Shown here piece by piece: positions 32,314-42,300 of a stretch of DNA of 64,000 nucleotides. The notes under the pieces are model-generated. The model was given only the letters and a program-made list of their open reading frames with translations. It was not told the origin of the DNA and did not search any database. Origin of the DNA: an uncultured cyanobacterium (GTDB lineage Bacteria > Cyanobacteriota > Cyanobacteriia > Cyanobacteriales > CAWUOF01); NCBI GenBank assembly GCA_963744145.1, contig CAVUSO010000001.1, positions 5,760,001-5,824,000 on the forward strand, given 5' to 3'. Numbering within the stretch: position 1 is the stretch's first letter; every line of letters begins with the position of its first letter. The position numbers were made by a program, and so were the translations under genes.

Positions 32314-34138
32314 TTATAGTCCGAACAAGGATAATCGCAGCCCTTATAATGATCCCTATAATGAGACGTTGAATTTTGATGCTTGGACTTATGGCGATAC
32401 ACTCCCCGATTTCTGGCAAGGAACGCCCGATGCTCGCTGGTTCCGCGTAACTGGCCCAGATGGGAATAAATATTGGGTTCCTAGTGCTTATATTAATGGG
32501 AATCCACCTGATTCTAGTCCTCTTCCAGGTGGTGGTTCTAGCAATAATAATAATTCGGGGAGTAGTAATAGCGGGTATAACAGGCAAGATGCTGTTGCTT
32601 ACGCTCATGAATATGCTAACAGCCGCAATCCTCAATATTACGACTATTCAAACGAAGGTGGAAACTGCGCTAACTTTGTTTCTCAATGTTTAGTTAATGG
32701 TGGACTTTTACCAGACAAGGCAGATAGCAACGGTAAAAATCCTTACGAATATATCAATGCTGATGGATTAACCAACTATTTGCTTAATAACGGTTTTGCG
32801 ACAGAAGTTAGCTCTATTGATCAGTTAGAACCTGGGGATGTAATTGCCTATTCTTGGGATGGCGGTCCAGTCATGGATCACGTTGCTGTATATACTGGTA
32901 ACGGCACTGTGGCTGGTAATACTACCGATGAAGATGGTTGGGATTGGAAACTAGGAGTAGGAAATTACTATCCTAATGGTACAATCAAACTGCTGCACAT
33001 AACTGGTGGAAATAGCGCGTCATTCGTTCCACCTGATTCTGTTACTATTAATGGCTATGATATCAGTGGTCCGTTTTACTCAGTCTTCAAACAGTATCAA
33101 AATTTACTTGGTAATCCTACTTCTTCAGTGATTGTTCAAGGAGATGGCACTAGCATACAATATTTCGATAATGGATACATTTTCTGGGATGGTCAGCAAG
33201 CTGTAGCTTACTACAGTGGAAATGGAATACCAGTTACACCACCTCCGGATAATCTACCTGATCCTTTCGATGGAAACTATGACAGAAATGCTGCGGTTGC
33301 TTATGCTCGAAAATATGCTGATTACCCTAATCCAGAATATCAGGATCAATACAATAATGGTGGTGATTGTACAAATTTCGTCTCTCAAGCTTTAATTGCA
33401 GGTGGAGCTTTATTTCTACCTGTAGTTCAAAACAATTTAATGACATTTTTGCATTTTGGTAAAACTACTTTAAAAAATGATTTTATCAATGCAGATAAAC
33501 TGCCACTATATCTTGAATCTCACGGAATGGCTATTATTAAGAGAGGCTTAAAAGGGCTATCAGTTGAAGAGAAGCTTAGGGAAATTGAACAATTCATGAT
33601 ACCAGGAGATATTTTTGGTTATGACGAACATCCTGGTCAATATATAGATCACCTCAATTTTTATCTTGATTATGGAGCAGACGGTGTACCTAGAGTTGCT
33701 AATCATAGTGGTAATACAGATGAAGGTTATGAGGGCGATTCGATTAAAGATGTTAATTTGGATTCTCTTGAAATGCTAATCCATATCATTCGTCCAGATA
33801 ATAGACTTTAGAATCTATTTTAAAGTTAAAGGAAAGCCTATCTATCGTGGATAAATCTGGTTCTTTAGACTGTAAACTAGCACCTGACTAGAGAAAGCGA
33901 TCACTTTTTCACCATCGAAAGTGCGATCGCTAGTAGGTCTCCCAAGAAGAATCACCTTTACCTATTTATAGAAAAGCGATCGCCTCTATTTCCAATCTCT
34001 ATGTTTACTCTCAGAAGCGATCGCAATTATTAATTCATAAGCGAGGGTTGGAAATAGGAAGCGATCGCCATTGGTAAAATCCGATGAAAAGCAGTTGCTC
34101 AAGTCAAATATTTAATTCATCTTTTGTTGGATAAAATG

Positions 34139-34298
34139 CAATACGGTGCAGTTAACTGTAGGGGCGAAGCATTCGGGCGATTATTTAGCACTTAAATCTG
34201 TTAATATTATATCCGAATGCTGATGCCTACGGCACGCTACGCGAACGCCCGGTCTGCGCCGATATCCCCCAAAAAAAGATGGTAACTGAACCATATTG
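34139..34298. mobile_element. Nezha-like MITE with REP doublet and SDR insertion
   Basis: TIRs CAATACGGTGCAGTTA / TAACTGAACCATATTG; 10-bp TSD GGATAAAATG; an empty paralogous site is present at 47334-47343. Confidence 0.88.
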
Positions 34299-34354
34299 GG
34301 ATAAAATGGTGATAGCGAAGAATGCGATTAGCTTAAACAATTCGGAAGGAAGAA

Positions 34355-34425
34355 GGGCGAAGCATTCCGGGAATAAATTGCTGGTGAGCACCAATAACTG
34401 ATCTGCCGGAATGCTTCGCCCCTAC
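34355..34425. repeat. REP-like doublet GGGCGAAGCATTCCGG...CCGGAATGCTTCGCCCCTAC; further copies near 35134, 45553, 47390, 49627
   Basis: Long inverted repeat with CTAC/GTAG foot and a conserved loop. Confidence 0.8.
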
Positions 34426-34580
34426 AAGAAACTCACATTAGATCGCTTTTTTGAGAGGTCGATGGCGATCGCTAGTAAATCTCCCAAACAGAATCACCTT
34501 TCCCTATTGATAGAAAAGCGATCGCCCCCATCCCCAACTTCTAACCTTACAATGGTGGTATAGTATTGGAACTTAAAATC

Positions 34581-35015
34581 ATGTCTACAGAACAGATGGG
34601 CAAAATTACCACCACATTGACTATTACAAACCGAGCCGATCAATCTGCTGCAACACGCGGTTATATTCCCCCAGAACAAGTCCGCTCGATTACCCTAAAA
34701 AACGTGCTAGTAGATACAGGAGCTACTACCCTTTGTTTACCCCCAGAAGCGATCGCCCAGCTAGGTTTAGAACTGCTGCGAGAAGTTGATGTTACCACTG
34801 CGACCGGACTCAGTAAAGCTCGCATTTTTCGAGATGCTAGTATTTTACTAATGGGACGAGAAGGCACCTTTGAATGTCTAGAATTACCTGGTGGACGAGA
34901 TGCTCTTTTGGGAGTGATTCCTCTGGAAGCTTTGGGAATTGAGTTAGACTTACGAAATCAGCAATTAAAAGTTTTACCCGAAACCTCGATCGATACCTAT
35001 TTAACCATCTTGTAA
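34581..35015 (+). CDS. Clan AA (retropepsin-like) aspartyl protease
   Basis: VLVDTGATTL and ALLGVIPLEALG. Confidence 0.85.
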   Translation: MSTEQMGKITTTLTITNRADQSAATRGYIPPEQVRSITLKNVLVDTGATTLCLPPEAIAQLGLELLREVDVTTATGLSKARIFRDASILLMGREGTFECLELPGGRDALLGVIPLEALGIELDLRNQQLKVLPETSIDTYLTIL

Positions 35016-35606
35016 AAATAATCTTCTTTCCAAATCCCAGAGAGCGATCGCAATTATTAACTCATCAATAGGGTTGGAAATAGGAAGCGATCGCTATTGG
35101 TAAAATCCGCTCAAAAACAGTTGAGAAGAAGAAGGGCGAAGCATTCCGGGAATAAATTGCTGGTGAGCACCAATAACTGATCTGCCGGAATGCTGATGCC
35201 TACGGCACGCTGCGCGAACGCGTAGCGTGCCGTAGGCAAACGCCCCTACTACAATAAACTGACATTATATCGCTTGTTTGAGAGGTCGATGGCGATCGCG
35301 TCATATCTCCAAAGCAGAATCACCTTTCCCTATTTAGAGAAAAGCGATCGCCTAGATCCAATCTCTAGCTTTACAATGGTGATCTAGTATTGGAACTCAA
35401 AATAATGTCTACAGAACAAATGGGCAAAATCACCACTACATTGGTAACATCCTAACTGCCGCAGATGTCCTGAATTTACTCGTCAGGGGAATGGGGCGAT
35501 CGCGTTTTTTGAGGATGGGGCGTGTAATCGCAACAGAAATAAGCTAAACTTTATCCAGGAGGAAACTTTATATTACAAAGCCACGACACTTGCGTAGTTC
35601 GTAATT

Positions 35607-35993
35607 TTGTTAAGAGATAGGATAGGCATTGTGATTCAGGGAGAAGGTTTTACAGTCAAAGAAAGCAAATTGGACTACTTTTTTGGTCGTGCTACATCTA
35701 CCCCGCGCAATGCGAAGCGGTCCTCAAATAATTTAGAAAACCTAAAAAAACTGGGAATTGATGAGACTGTTGATGGCATAGCAAGACTCATTCAAATATT
35801 TCAAGAAGGCTTAAATGCTCCTGAGATTATAGCGTACAGGAAAGACAACGAATACGGAACTAGTATAGCCAGGAAAGTTGAAGTAAGTGGGCCGGATGTA
35901 GTCGGTGCGATCATTGTTAGCTACTACTACCCTGGTGGTAATCGCTCTGTAATCCCTCAAGTTTCCTCAATTATTACCCTCATCTATAAATAG
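35607..35993 (+). CDS. Stand-alone polymorphic-toxin-like C-terminal domain
   Basis: KLDYFFGR...N..RS..NL..L..LGI...SYYYPGGN....P.V.SII resembles CdiA/MafB-type toxin tips as recalled, not searched. Confidence 0.55.
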   Translation: MLRDRIGIVIQGEGFTVKESKLDYFFGRATSTPRNAKRSSNNLENLKKLGIDETVDGIARLIQIFQEGLNAPEIIAYRKDNEYGTSIARKVEVSGPDVVGAIIVSYYYPGGNRSVIPQVSSIITLIYK

Positions 35994-36001
35994 GAAAATT
36001 T

Positions 36002-36496
36002 ATGAAACTTCAACCCATTAATGAATCAGAATTCAACCGAATTGAAAGCCCCCGCCAGATAATTGCCCATGACTATTCTCACTATTTTTCGCTGCTCAAT
36101 CTTGGCGAAAATCTAGGCTATTACGGTCTTAGTTGGAGAAGTCAGCTAGTTGAGCCAATTGTTCAAATTAGTTCTGACAAAAATACAGTTTGGATTGGAG
36201 TAGATCAACAGTTGGCAGCTATTTGTCTCCAAACAGGTCGTATTATTGTAGCCATGCCCCTAACTTGTTATATTGTGGAAATCCTCATCTTGGAGGAGGT
36301 AACGATAGCAATAACAGAAAATGAGGTCCTGGTTTTTAATCCTGGTGGAGCAATCCGCTATAATTGCGGTCTGCCTGACATTCCAGAAGAAATCTCAATT
36401 GTCGGCACGAATTTGCTAATTAAAACCATCGCTGGTGATAATTTAACCATTAATTCGATTGTTGGTAATCTCAAAGAAAAGGTACTATCTGTTTAG
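36002..36496 (+). CDS. Putative immunity protein
   Basis: Starts 8 nt after the toxin-like ORF; 164 aa; no enzyme motif. Confidence 0.55.
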   Translation: MKLQPINESEFNRIESPRQIIAHDYSHYFSLLNLGENLGYYGLSWRSQLVEPIVQISSDKNTVWIGVDQQLAAICLQTGRIIVAMPLTCYIVEILILEEVTIAITENEVLVFNPGGAIRYNCGLPDIPEEISIVGTNLLIKTIAGDNLTINSIVGNLKEKVLSV

Positions 36497-36802
36497 AGAA
36501 AAGGGTGTAATCTTTGCATGAACCAAAATCATGTCTACAGAACAAATGGGCAAAATCACCACCACATTGACTATGACAAACCGAGCTGATCAATCTGCTG
36601 AGCTGATATAAGCCGTGCTATATCTCCAAAGAAAAATCACCTTTCCCTATTTATAGAAAAGCGATCGCCCATCGACCATCTCTAGCTTTACAATGGTGAT
36701 AGCCAAGAAATGTAATCAGCTCAAAAATTAGGAAGAATGGCGATCGCTATGGAGAAAACTAAAAAGTCCAAATCTTGATTCTAATTAGCTGGCGATCGCC
36801 AT

Positions 36803-36835
36803 AAAAAAGCCCCAGATTTTTCTAGGGCTGTTTTT
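36803..36835 (-). terminator. Intrinsic terminator downstream of the PEP-CTERM gene
   Basis: AAAAAAGCCC...GGGCTGTTTTT hairpin with A/T tails. Confidence 0.6.
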
Positions 36836-36876
36836 GTAATTTGTATGACTCAAAACCGATAAAGATATCCTATGGT

Positions 36877-37398
36877 TTAATGAGAACCAGCGATTTTCTT
36901 TTGTTTCCAGTAATAGCCAAAGCTTGCAGCTAAAATTCCACCTATAATAGTGGTTGGTTCTGGTACTGATTCATCCCCAGTAGATTTATTACCGTCAGGA
37001 TTGTTGGCACTAGTATTACTACCTGTGCAACCATTTGAACTACTTGCAATGGGAGCATTAAAGGCAATTTTAACTCCATTAGAATTAGACCCAGTAAAAG
37101 GTTGGGAGTTACCATTATTACTATTAGTTTCTGGAGCATTGAGCAAGTTGAGAGTAGCAACTGGGTTATCCGTGTTAGATAAATTAACTGCAACTTGGGA
37201 ATTATTTGCAGGTGGGACAACACTCCCAGTCAATAGAGGATTATCCGTATTCTGATTGCTCCCATTACCATTACTGTAGGAACTTAGAATTGTGTCAGTG
37301 AGAGGAGTAGCAAGAGTAGGTAAGGATTGTTCGTTAAAAATCACACAACCAACTATTCCGCTGATCAGTATTAGTCCTTTTTTTTGATTAAATTTCAT
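36877..37398 (-). CDS. PEP-CTERM sorting domain protein
   Basis: Signal peptide, Asn/Ser-rich body, C-terminal VPEPTTIIGGILAASFGYYWKQKK. Confidence 0.9.
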   Translation of the reverse strand: MKFNQKKGLILISGIVGCVIFNEQSLPTLATPLTDTILSSYSNGNGSNQNTDNPLLTGSVVPPANNSQVAVNLSNTDNPVATLNLLNAPETNSNNGNSQPFTGSNSNGVKIAFNAPIASSSNGCTGSNTSANNPDGNKSTGDESVPEPTTIIGGILAASFGYYWKQKKIAGSH

Positions 37399-37483
37399 GA
37401 CAATTAGCTCCTAATATTTTTTCCAAAAGGTGAGATTGACTTTCTGATTAAGCATGGTTTTACCCTTGATGATTGAGCGCATT

Positions 37484-38902
37484 TTAAAAATGTGGGATCG
37501 GTAACTTAGTCAAGTCAAATCCTCCTGGTAAATGTTGCATAATCCAAACGGCTAGTAAAGATAGTAGATACCCAAAAATCCAGATGGTATAGGCTATACT
37601 CAAAGGAGCATAAGCCGCCAAAATCCAGCGATCGCTTGGTGCTTCTATGATTTCTTGTCTTTGCCACAATTGGGCATAAAATTGGAACGAGCGATCGCGT
37701 AGATTATTAATTCCTGACCAAGCTACTAACAGATAATATCCGTCAAATTTATTCAGCGGATTAAGGTTAAGCATTACTGTTACTAAAGCGGCTGTCATCA
37801 GCAAATAACTTGTATTATGGATGAGTGGATTAGCACTAGAAAACAGCCAAATCCACACAGCGATCGACCAAATAATTATTTGGACTAAAACTCCTGCTGC
37901 TACTACTAAAATGCGTTCTTTTCGCCTGATTAAACTGTATTGATCGGTAGTGTTAGTATAGCATCCTGGCATCAAGCACATGAATAACAATCCTATCTCA
38001 CGCACCATCCCCCCATAGTGTTTTAAGGTAAAAGCATGACCCAGTTCGTGCAGAAAAGTCACTAGCATGATTAAAACCGCCAAAGTCAAGACCGTGGTCG
38101 AGCCGCCGATGGCCCAAACTGTTTGACTCGATGCGATCGCTTCCTCAGCCGAATCTAGCCATACGGCGATCGAGGAGGTAATAAATGCACAAAGGATAAA
38201 TCCAATTGGTCAAGTCCAAATCCAACGTAATTTGTCGATATGTTTGGTGAGCCAAGCATCAGGATTAAAGACTGGAATTTGATAATAGAAGAGTTGCATT
38301 AAATTGAATTTTTTCGGAGGTTTTTGTGGATTTATTCCTTCCAGCATCCCCGCTCCTGCTAACATTTGGAGGAGATATTGCAGTTCCTCTAAGGTAATGT
38401 CATATTGATTCGCGATCGCGGGAATTGATATTAGCTGCAATTGGGAAATTATCTCCTTATCAAAATTATCTATTTGCAGATTAGTCAGGTTTTCCGGATT
38501 GCGAAGTATCCAATAATCCTCGGGGTGATATATCCATTCCAAGCTTGATTTTAATTGAATACCATTATTAGTTACCTGGGGTGAAACCGCATCGGATACA
38601 GGTTTTTCTCCTTCTATTTCTGGGGTAGTTAGTAAGATTTCCCAATCAGTTAATTGCTGAAGCAATTTGACAATAAATTCGGCAGGAATAAACTTATTGA
38701 AATGAGAGCGACAACGGTTTAAAACTTGACGAGCCGTATATTTTCCCGTAAAGTGCTTTAAAGCATAGCCTTCTATCGCTTCAAATTGATAGCGACGATT
38801 TCCGATTTTCGCTTGTAAGATTACTTGACCTGAATGGTATAGTTGGTCATCTATTTGCCAATGAGCAGATAGATCGGGACAAATAAGTTCTAGGTTATCC
38901 AT
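37484..38902 (-). pseudogene. M50 (site-2) metallopeptidase with two N-terminal PqqD/RRE-like domains; in-frame TGA at 38210-38212
   Basis: HELGH and NLNPLNKFDG motifs; copy 1 has TGG (Trp) where this copy has TGA; both ORF halves are in the same frame. Confidence 0.85.
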
Positions 38903-39212
38903 TGAAGTAACTGTATTGGTGTACTGTCCAAAAAAAAATAACTTGCGGTAATCCTTTACTGAGTGAGAAAATAGATATTTTAGGATCATCTATTCACTAC
39001 TTGGAGGGGAAAGGAATACTTAGTCAATCGTTCAAATATTTCCGATAGTTTTTGAGTTCAAAAGGTAGAATGTTCAAAATCAATCTATCCCCTGAAAATC
39101 AAGGGATTGCCACTAGGATCTCAAAACTATCCAAACTATTAAGTTAAAGCTTTTGGCCAAAACTTATCATCCGAATACAGAATAACCTAACTATGAGCAG
39201 AAAACCAGCAAA

Positions 39213-39310
39213 TTAATATAAAGTTTCTGTAAACCTATTATAAAGATTATGTAAAGTTCCTAAAAATATTCAGCTAACATCTTGACATTACAAATGAATT
39301 TTTCTAACAT
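39213..39310 (+). promoter_or_regulatory. Promoter of S8 gene copy 2: TTGACA-N17-TAACAT with 11-bp-period repeats
   Basis: Paralogous to 25840-25937. Confidence 0.65.
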
Positions 39311-39380
39311 AGCGGCATCCAGTTGTGTGAGCAAATTACAGCCCACTGGATGGCCAAATTTTCTTAAATTAGGGGTAGAT

Positions 39381-42300
39381 ATGGCATTCTCATCTCAGGG
39401 TAAACAAGCATCTTCAGGTCAAGGTTTGGGAAAATCAACCAAAAAACGCCACATTCGACGGCGGAGTTTCATTTTAGAGGAAATTAATACCCCTAGCGCC
39501 CTGATTCCCGGTGGGTTATCTGAATGGAATCCCCTCAAGCATATCCTCGAAACATTCTCACACTTAGGTTTACATTTACCAATTAATTTACATTTTTTGG
39601 CCTTAGACGGTGGTACTTGTCCCACCACCCCATCAACCAATGACCCAGGAGTCCCGTTACCAGATTTTGACCCTTTAGGATTAAGACATAATGGAGTTCC
39701 CCCTCAGACACCATTTAATCTTGATAGTGCGATCGCCACTCTACCTCCTCCCACTACCTTACCGATCGATCCACCAGGAACAGGGTCAGGTAATGTAAAT
39801 AATCCTGTTACATTAGATCCGAAACAGTTTGATTTTCCTTTATCTTCTCAGCCATTAGTTGGTGATATTGATACAGGATTAAATGCCAATAATCCCTATT
39901 TTAACTACAATAATATTAAGGAAGGATATAATTATGTCGATAATACTAATAATTCCTTAATTCAATCAGGTAATCAACACGGTACTTTTACCTTTGGGAT
40001 TATTGATTCAATTAATCAAACCGCACCAAAATGGGTAGGAGATGCGATCGGTTCTGGTAAATGGGCTGAGTCTTTAATAGATTTTGTGAATGCGGCTAAA
40101 GCATCTGGGCAGAAGAATGCGATCGCTAATCTTAGTTTAGATTTAACTCAGAAAAACTCTGATGGAACGGTAACAACACGCTATGAATTCACACCTGAAG
40201 AAAGAGCAGCTTTAGAATATGCTCGTGAAAACAATGTCTTAATTGTCACAGCCGCAGGAAATGATGGCAGTGTAATGTCTGCATTAGGTCAATCTTCCCA
40301 AGAATTTGACAATGTGATTACAGTTGGTTCTGGAAATAGTAATGGTAGGTATGATTATTCTAGCTACGGTAATGGTTTAGATATCCTAGCTGATGGTGGC
40401 ACCACAGCAAACCCCCTTGAATCTACCGTAGGAGATGGGTTAGGAACAATGGCTGGAACTTCAGGAGCGACTGCCAAAGTAACAGGAGCAGCATCATTAG
40501 TATGGGCAGCAAATCCTGAGTTAAGTTACAGTCAAGTGATTGATATTTTGGAGAAAACGGCGAATAATTTAGGAACGCCCGGATGGAATCAAGATACAGG
40601 TTTTGGACTATTAAATGTAGTAGCAGCAGTACAATTAGCAAAGAATACCACGCCAGAGGTACAGGCTACACCTCCGATTTTAACCCCGACAACTTGGGGT
40701 GGTGAAGGGCAAGTTACACCGTTAGAACGGGCTGATTCAGATCAAGGTAGTATTCCAGAATCTTGGCAGATGAGTAGTTCGGCAAAAGGAGTCGGACAAA
40801 TTGCAGTTAGTCGCGATCAAGATGGTTGTCTTGAAGCATTTACAATTGGTGCAGATAATCAAGTTTATCGTGCTTGTCAAACTTCTCCTAATGGTGGTTG
40901 GTCTAACTGGAGTGAGCTGCCTGGAGAAACTGCGAAGAGTCTAACTGTAGCTCAAAACCAAGATGGTCGTTTAGAAGTGTTTGCGATCAACACAGATAAT
41001 CAGGTTGACCATATTTGGCAAACAACTCCTAATGGTACTTGGAGTAATTGGAATACCTTAGCTAATGGAGCTGATGTTCAAGATTTAACTGTGGGACAAG
41101 ATGCCTCTGGTAATTTAGAAGTTTTTGCAATCGATACAAATAATCAAGTTATTCATACTTGGCAAGGTGGTTCCCAAGGTGGTTGGAGTGACTGGGGACC
41201 GATGTCAGGCGTTGCGGCTAAAAGTATTACGGTGGGTCGCAATTCAGATGGTCGTTTAGAACTATTTACAATTGGTACAGATGGTAATGTTTATCACAAC
41301 TGGCAAACAACTCCTAATGGTACTTGGAGTAACTGGAATACCTTAGCTAATGGAGCTGATGTTCAAGATTTAACTGTGGGACAAGATGCCTCTGGTAATT
41401 TAGAAGTTTTTGCAATCGATACAAATAATCAAGTTATTCATACTTGGCAAGGTGGTTCCCAAGGTGGTTGGAGTATCTGGGGACCGATGTCAGGTGTTGC
41501 GGCTAAAAGTATTACCGTAGGTCGCAATCCAGATGGTCGTTTGGAACTATTTACAATTGGTACAGATGGTAATGTTTATCACAACTGGCAAACAACTCCT
41601 AATGGTAGTTGGGATAACTGGGGCATTCTGGCTAATAGTGTTGATGCTCAAGACTTAACTGTAAGTCAAGATGCTGATGGTCACTTAGAAGCTTTTGCGA
41701 TCAACACAGATAATCAAGTTATCCATAGTTGGTACAGTTCCCAAGGTGGTTGGAGTAATTGGGGACCGATTTCATCCAATTCAGTATCCAATTCAGCAGT
41801 TATTAGCGACTATACTATCAGTCAAAGTTTTTTCAACGTTTATCAACAAAATCAAAACTCTCTTGGTAATCCAATTGGTGATGTTCAATCTTTATCTAAT
41901 GGGATCAGCTATCAGAATTTTGAAAATGGGTCGATTATAAATAGTCCGAATGGAACTTTTCCTCTGTATGGACCGATTAGTCAACAATATTTGAACGATG
42001 GGGCACTTAATGGAAACTCACTGCAAAATTTGGGTGTTCCTACTAGTCCTATATATACAGATCAGAATGGATTTCAAACACAGTATTTTGAAAATGGTTC
42101 AATCGTTTGGGATGGTCAGCAAGCTGTAACTTATGATAGCGCAAATGGAGTTCCTGTTGCAAGTATTAATGATATACCAAGTTCAGAACCACAGCAAAAT
42201 ATAATTTATGGTATTAACAATGTCTCTAGTGAAAGTTCTAACTTAATTGGTGATGTTGGTAATTTAACTAGTGACACTCCTAACTTGATTGGTGATGTTG

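Larger units (their letters stand above)
26008..33811 (+). pseudogene. Leader-S8 peptidase-7-blade PLL-like propeller-SH3-like-Amidase_6-LGFP-like-Amidase_6 protein (1323 aa reconstructed), interrupted by two IS
   Basis: Removing each IS plus one TSD restores the frame ([25 protein letters not shown]); S8 motifs DIDTG, HGT, AAGND, GTSVA; Amidase_6 motifs YNRQDAVAYA...GGNCANFVSQ and YDRNAAVAYA...GGDCTNFVSQ. Confidence 0.88.

Noticed and set aside
38210..38212. Selenocysteine or recoded TGA in the M50 gene
   Set aside because: The paralog has TGG (Trp) here; a simple transition explains it and other genes use TGA as stop
27400..41780. Diversity-generating retroelement acting on the propeller repeats
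   Set aside because: No reverse transcriptase in the window; differences between repeats are not adenine-specific
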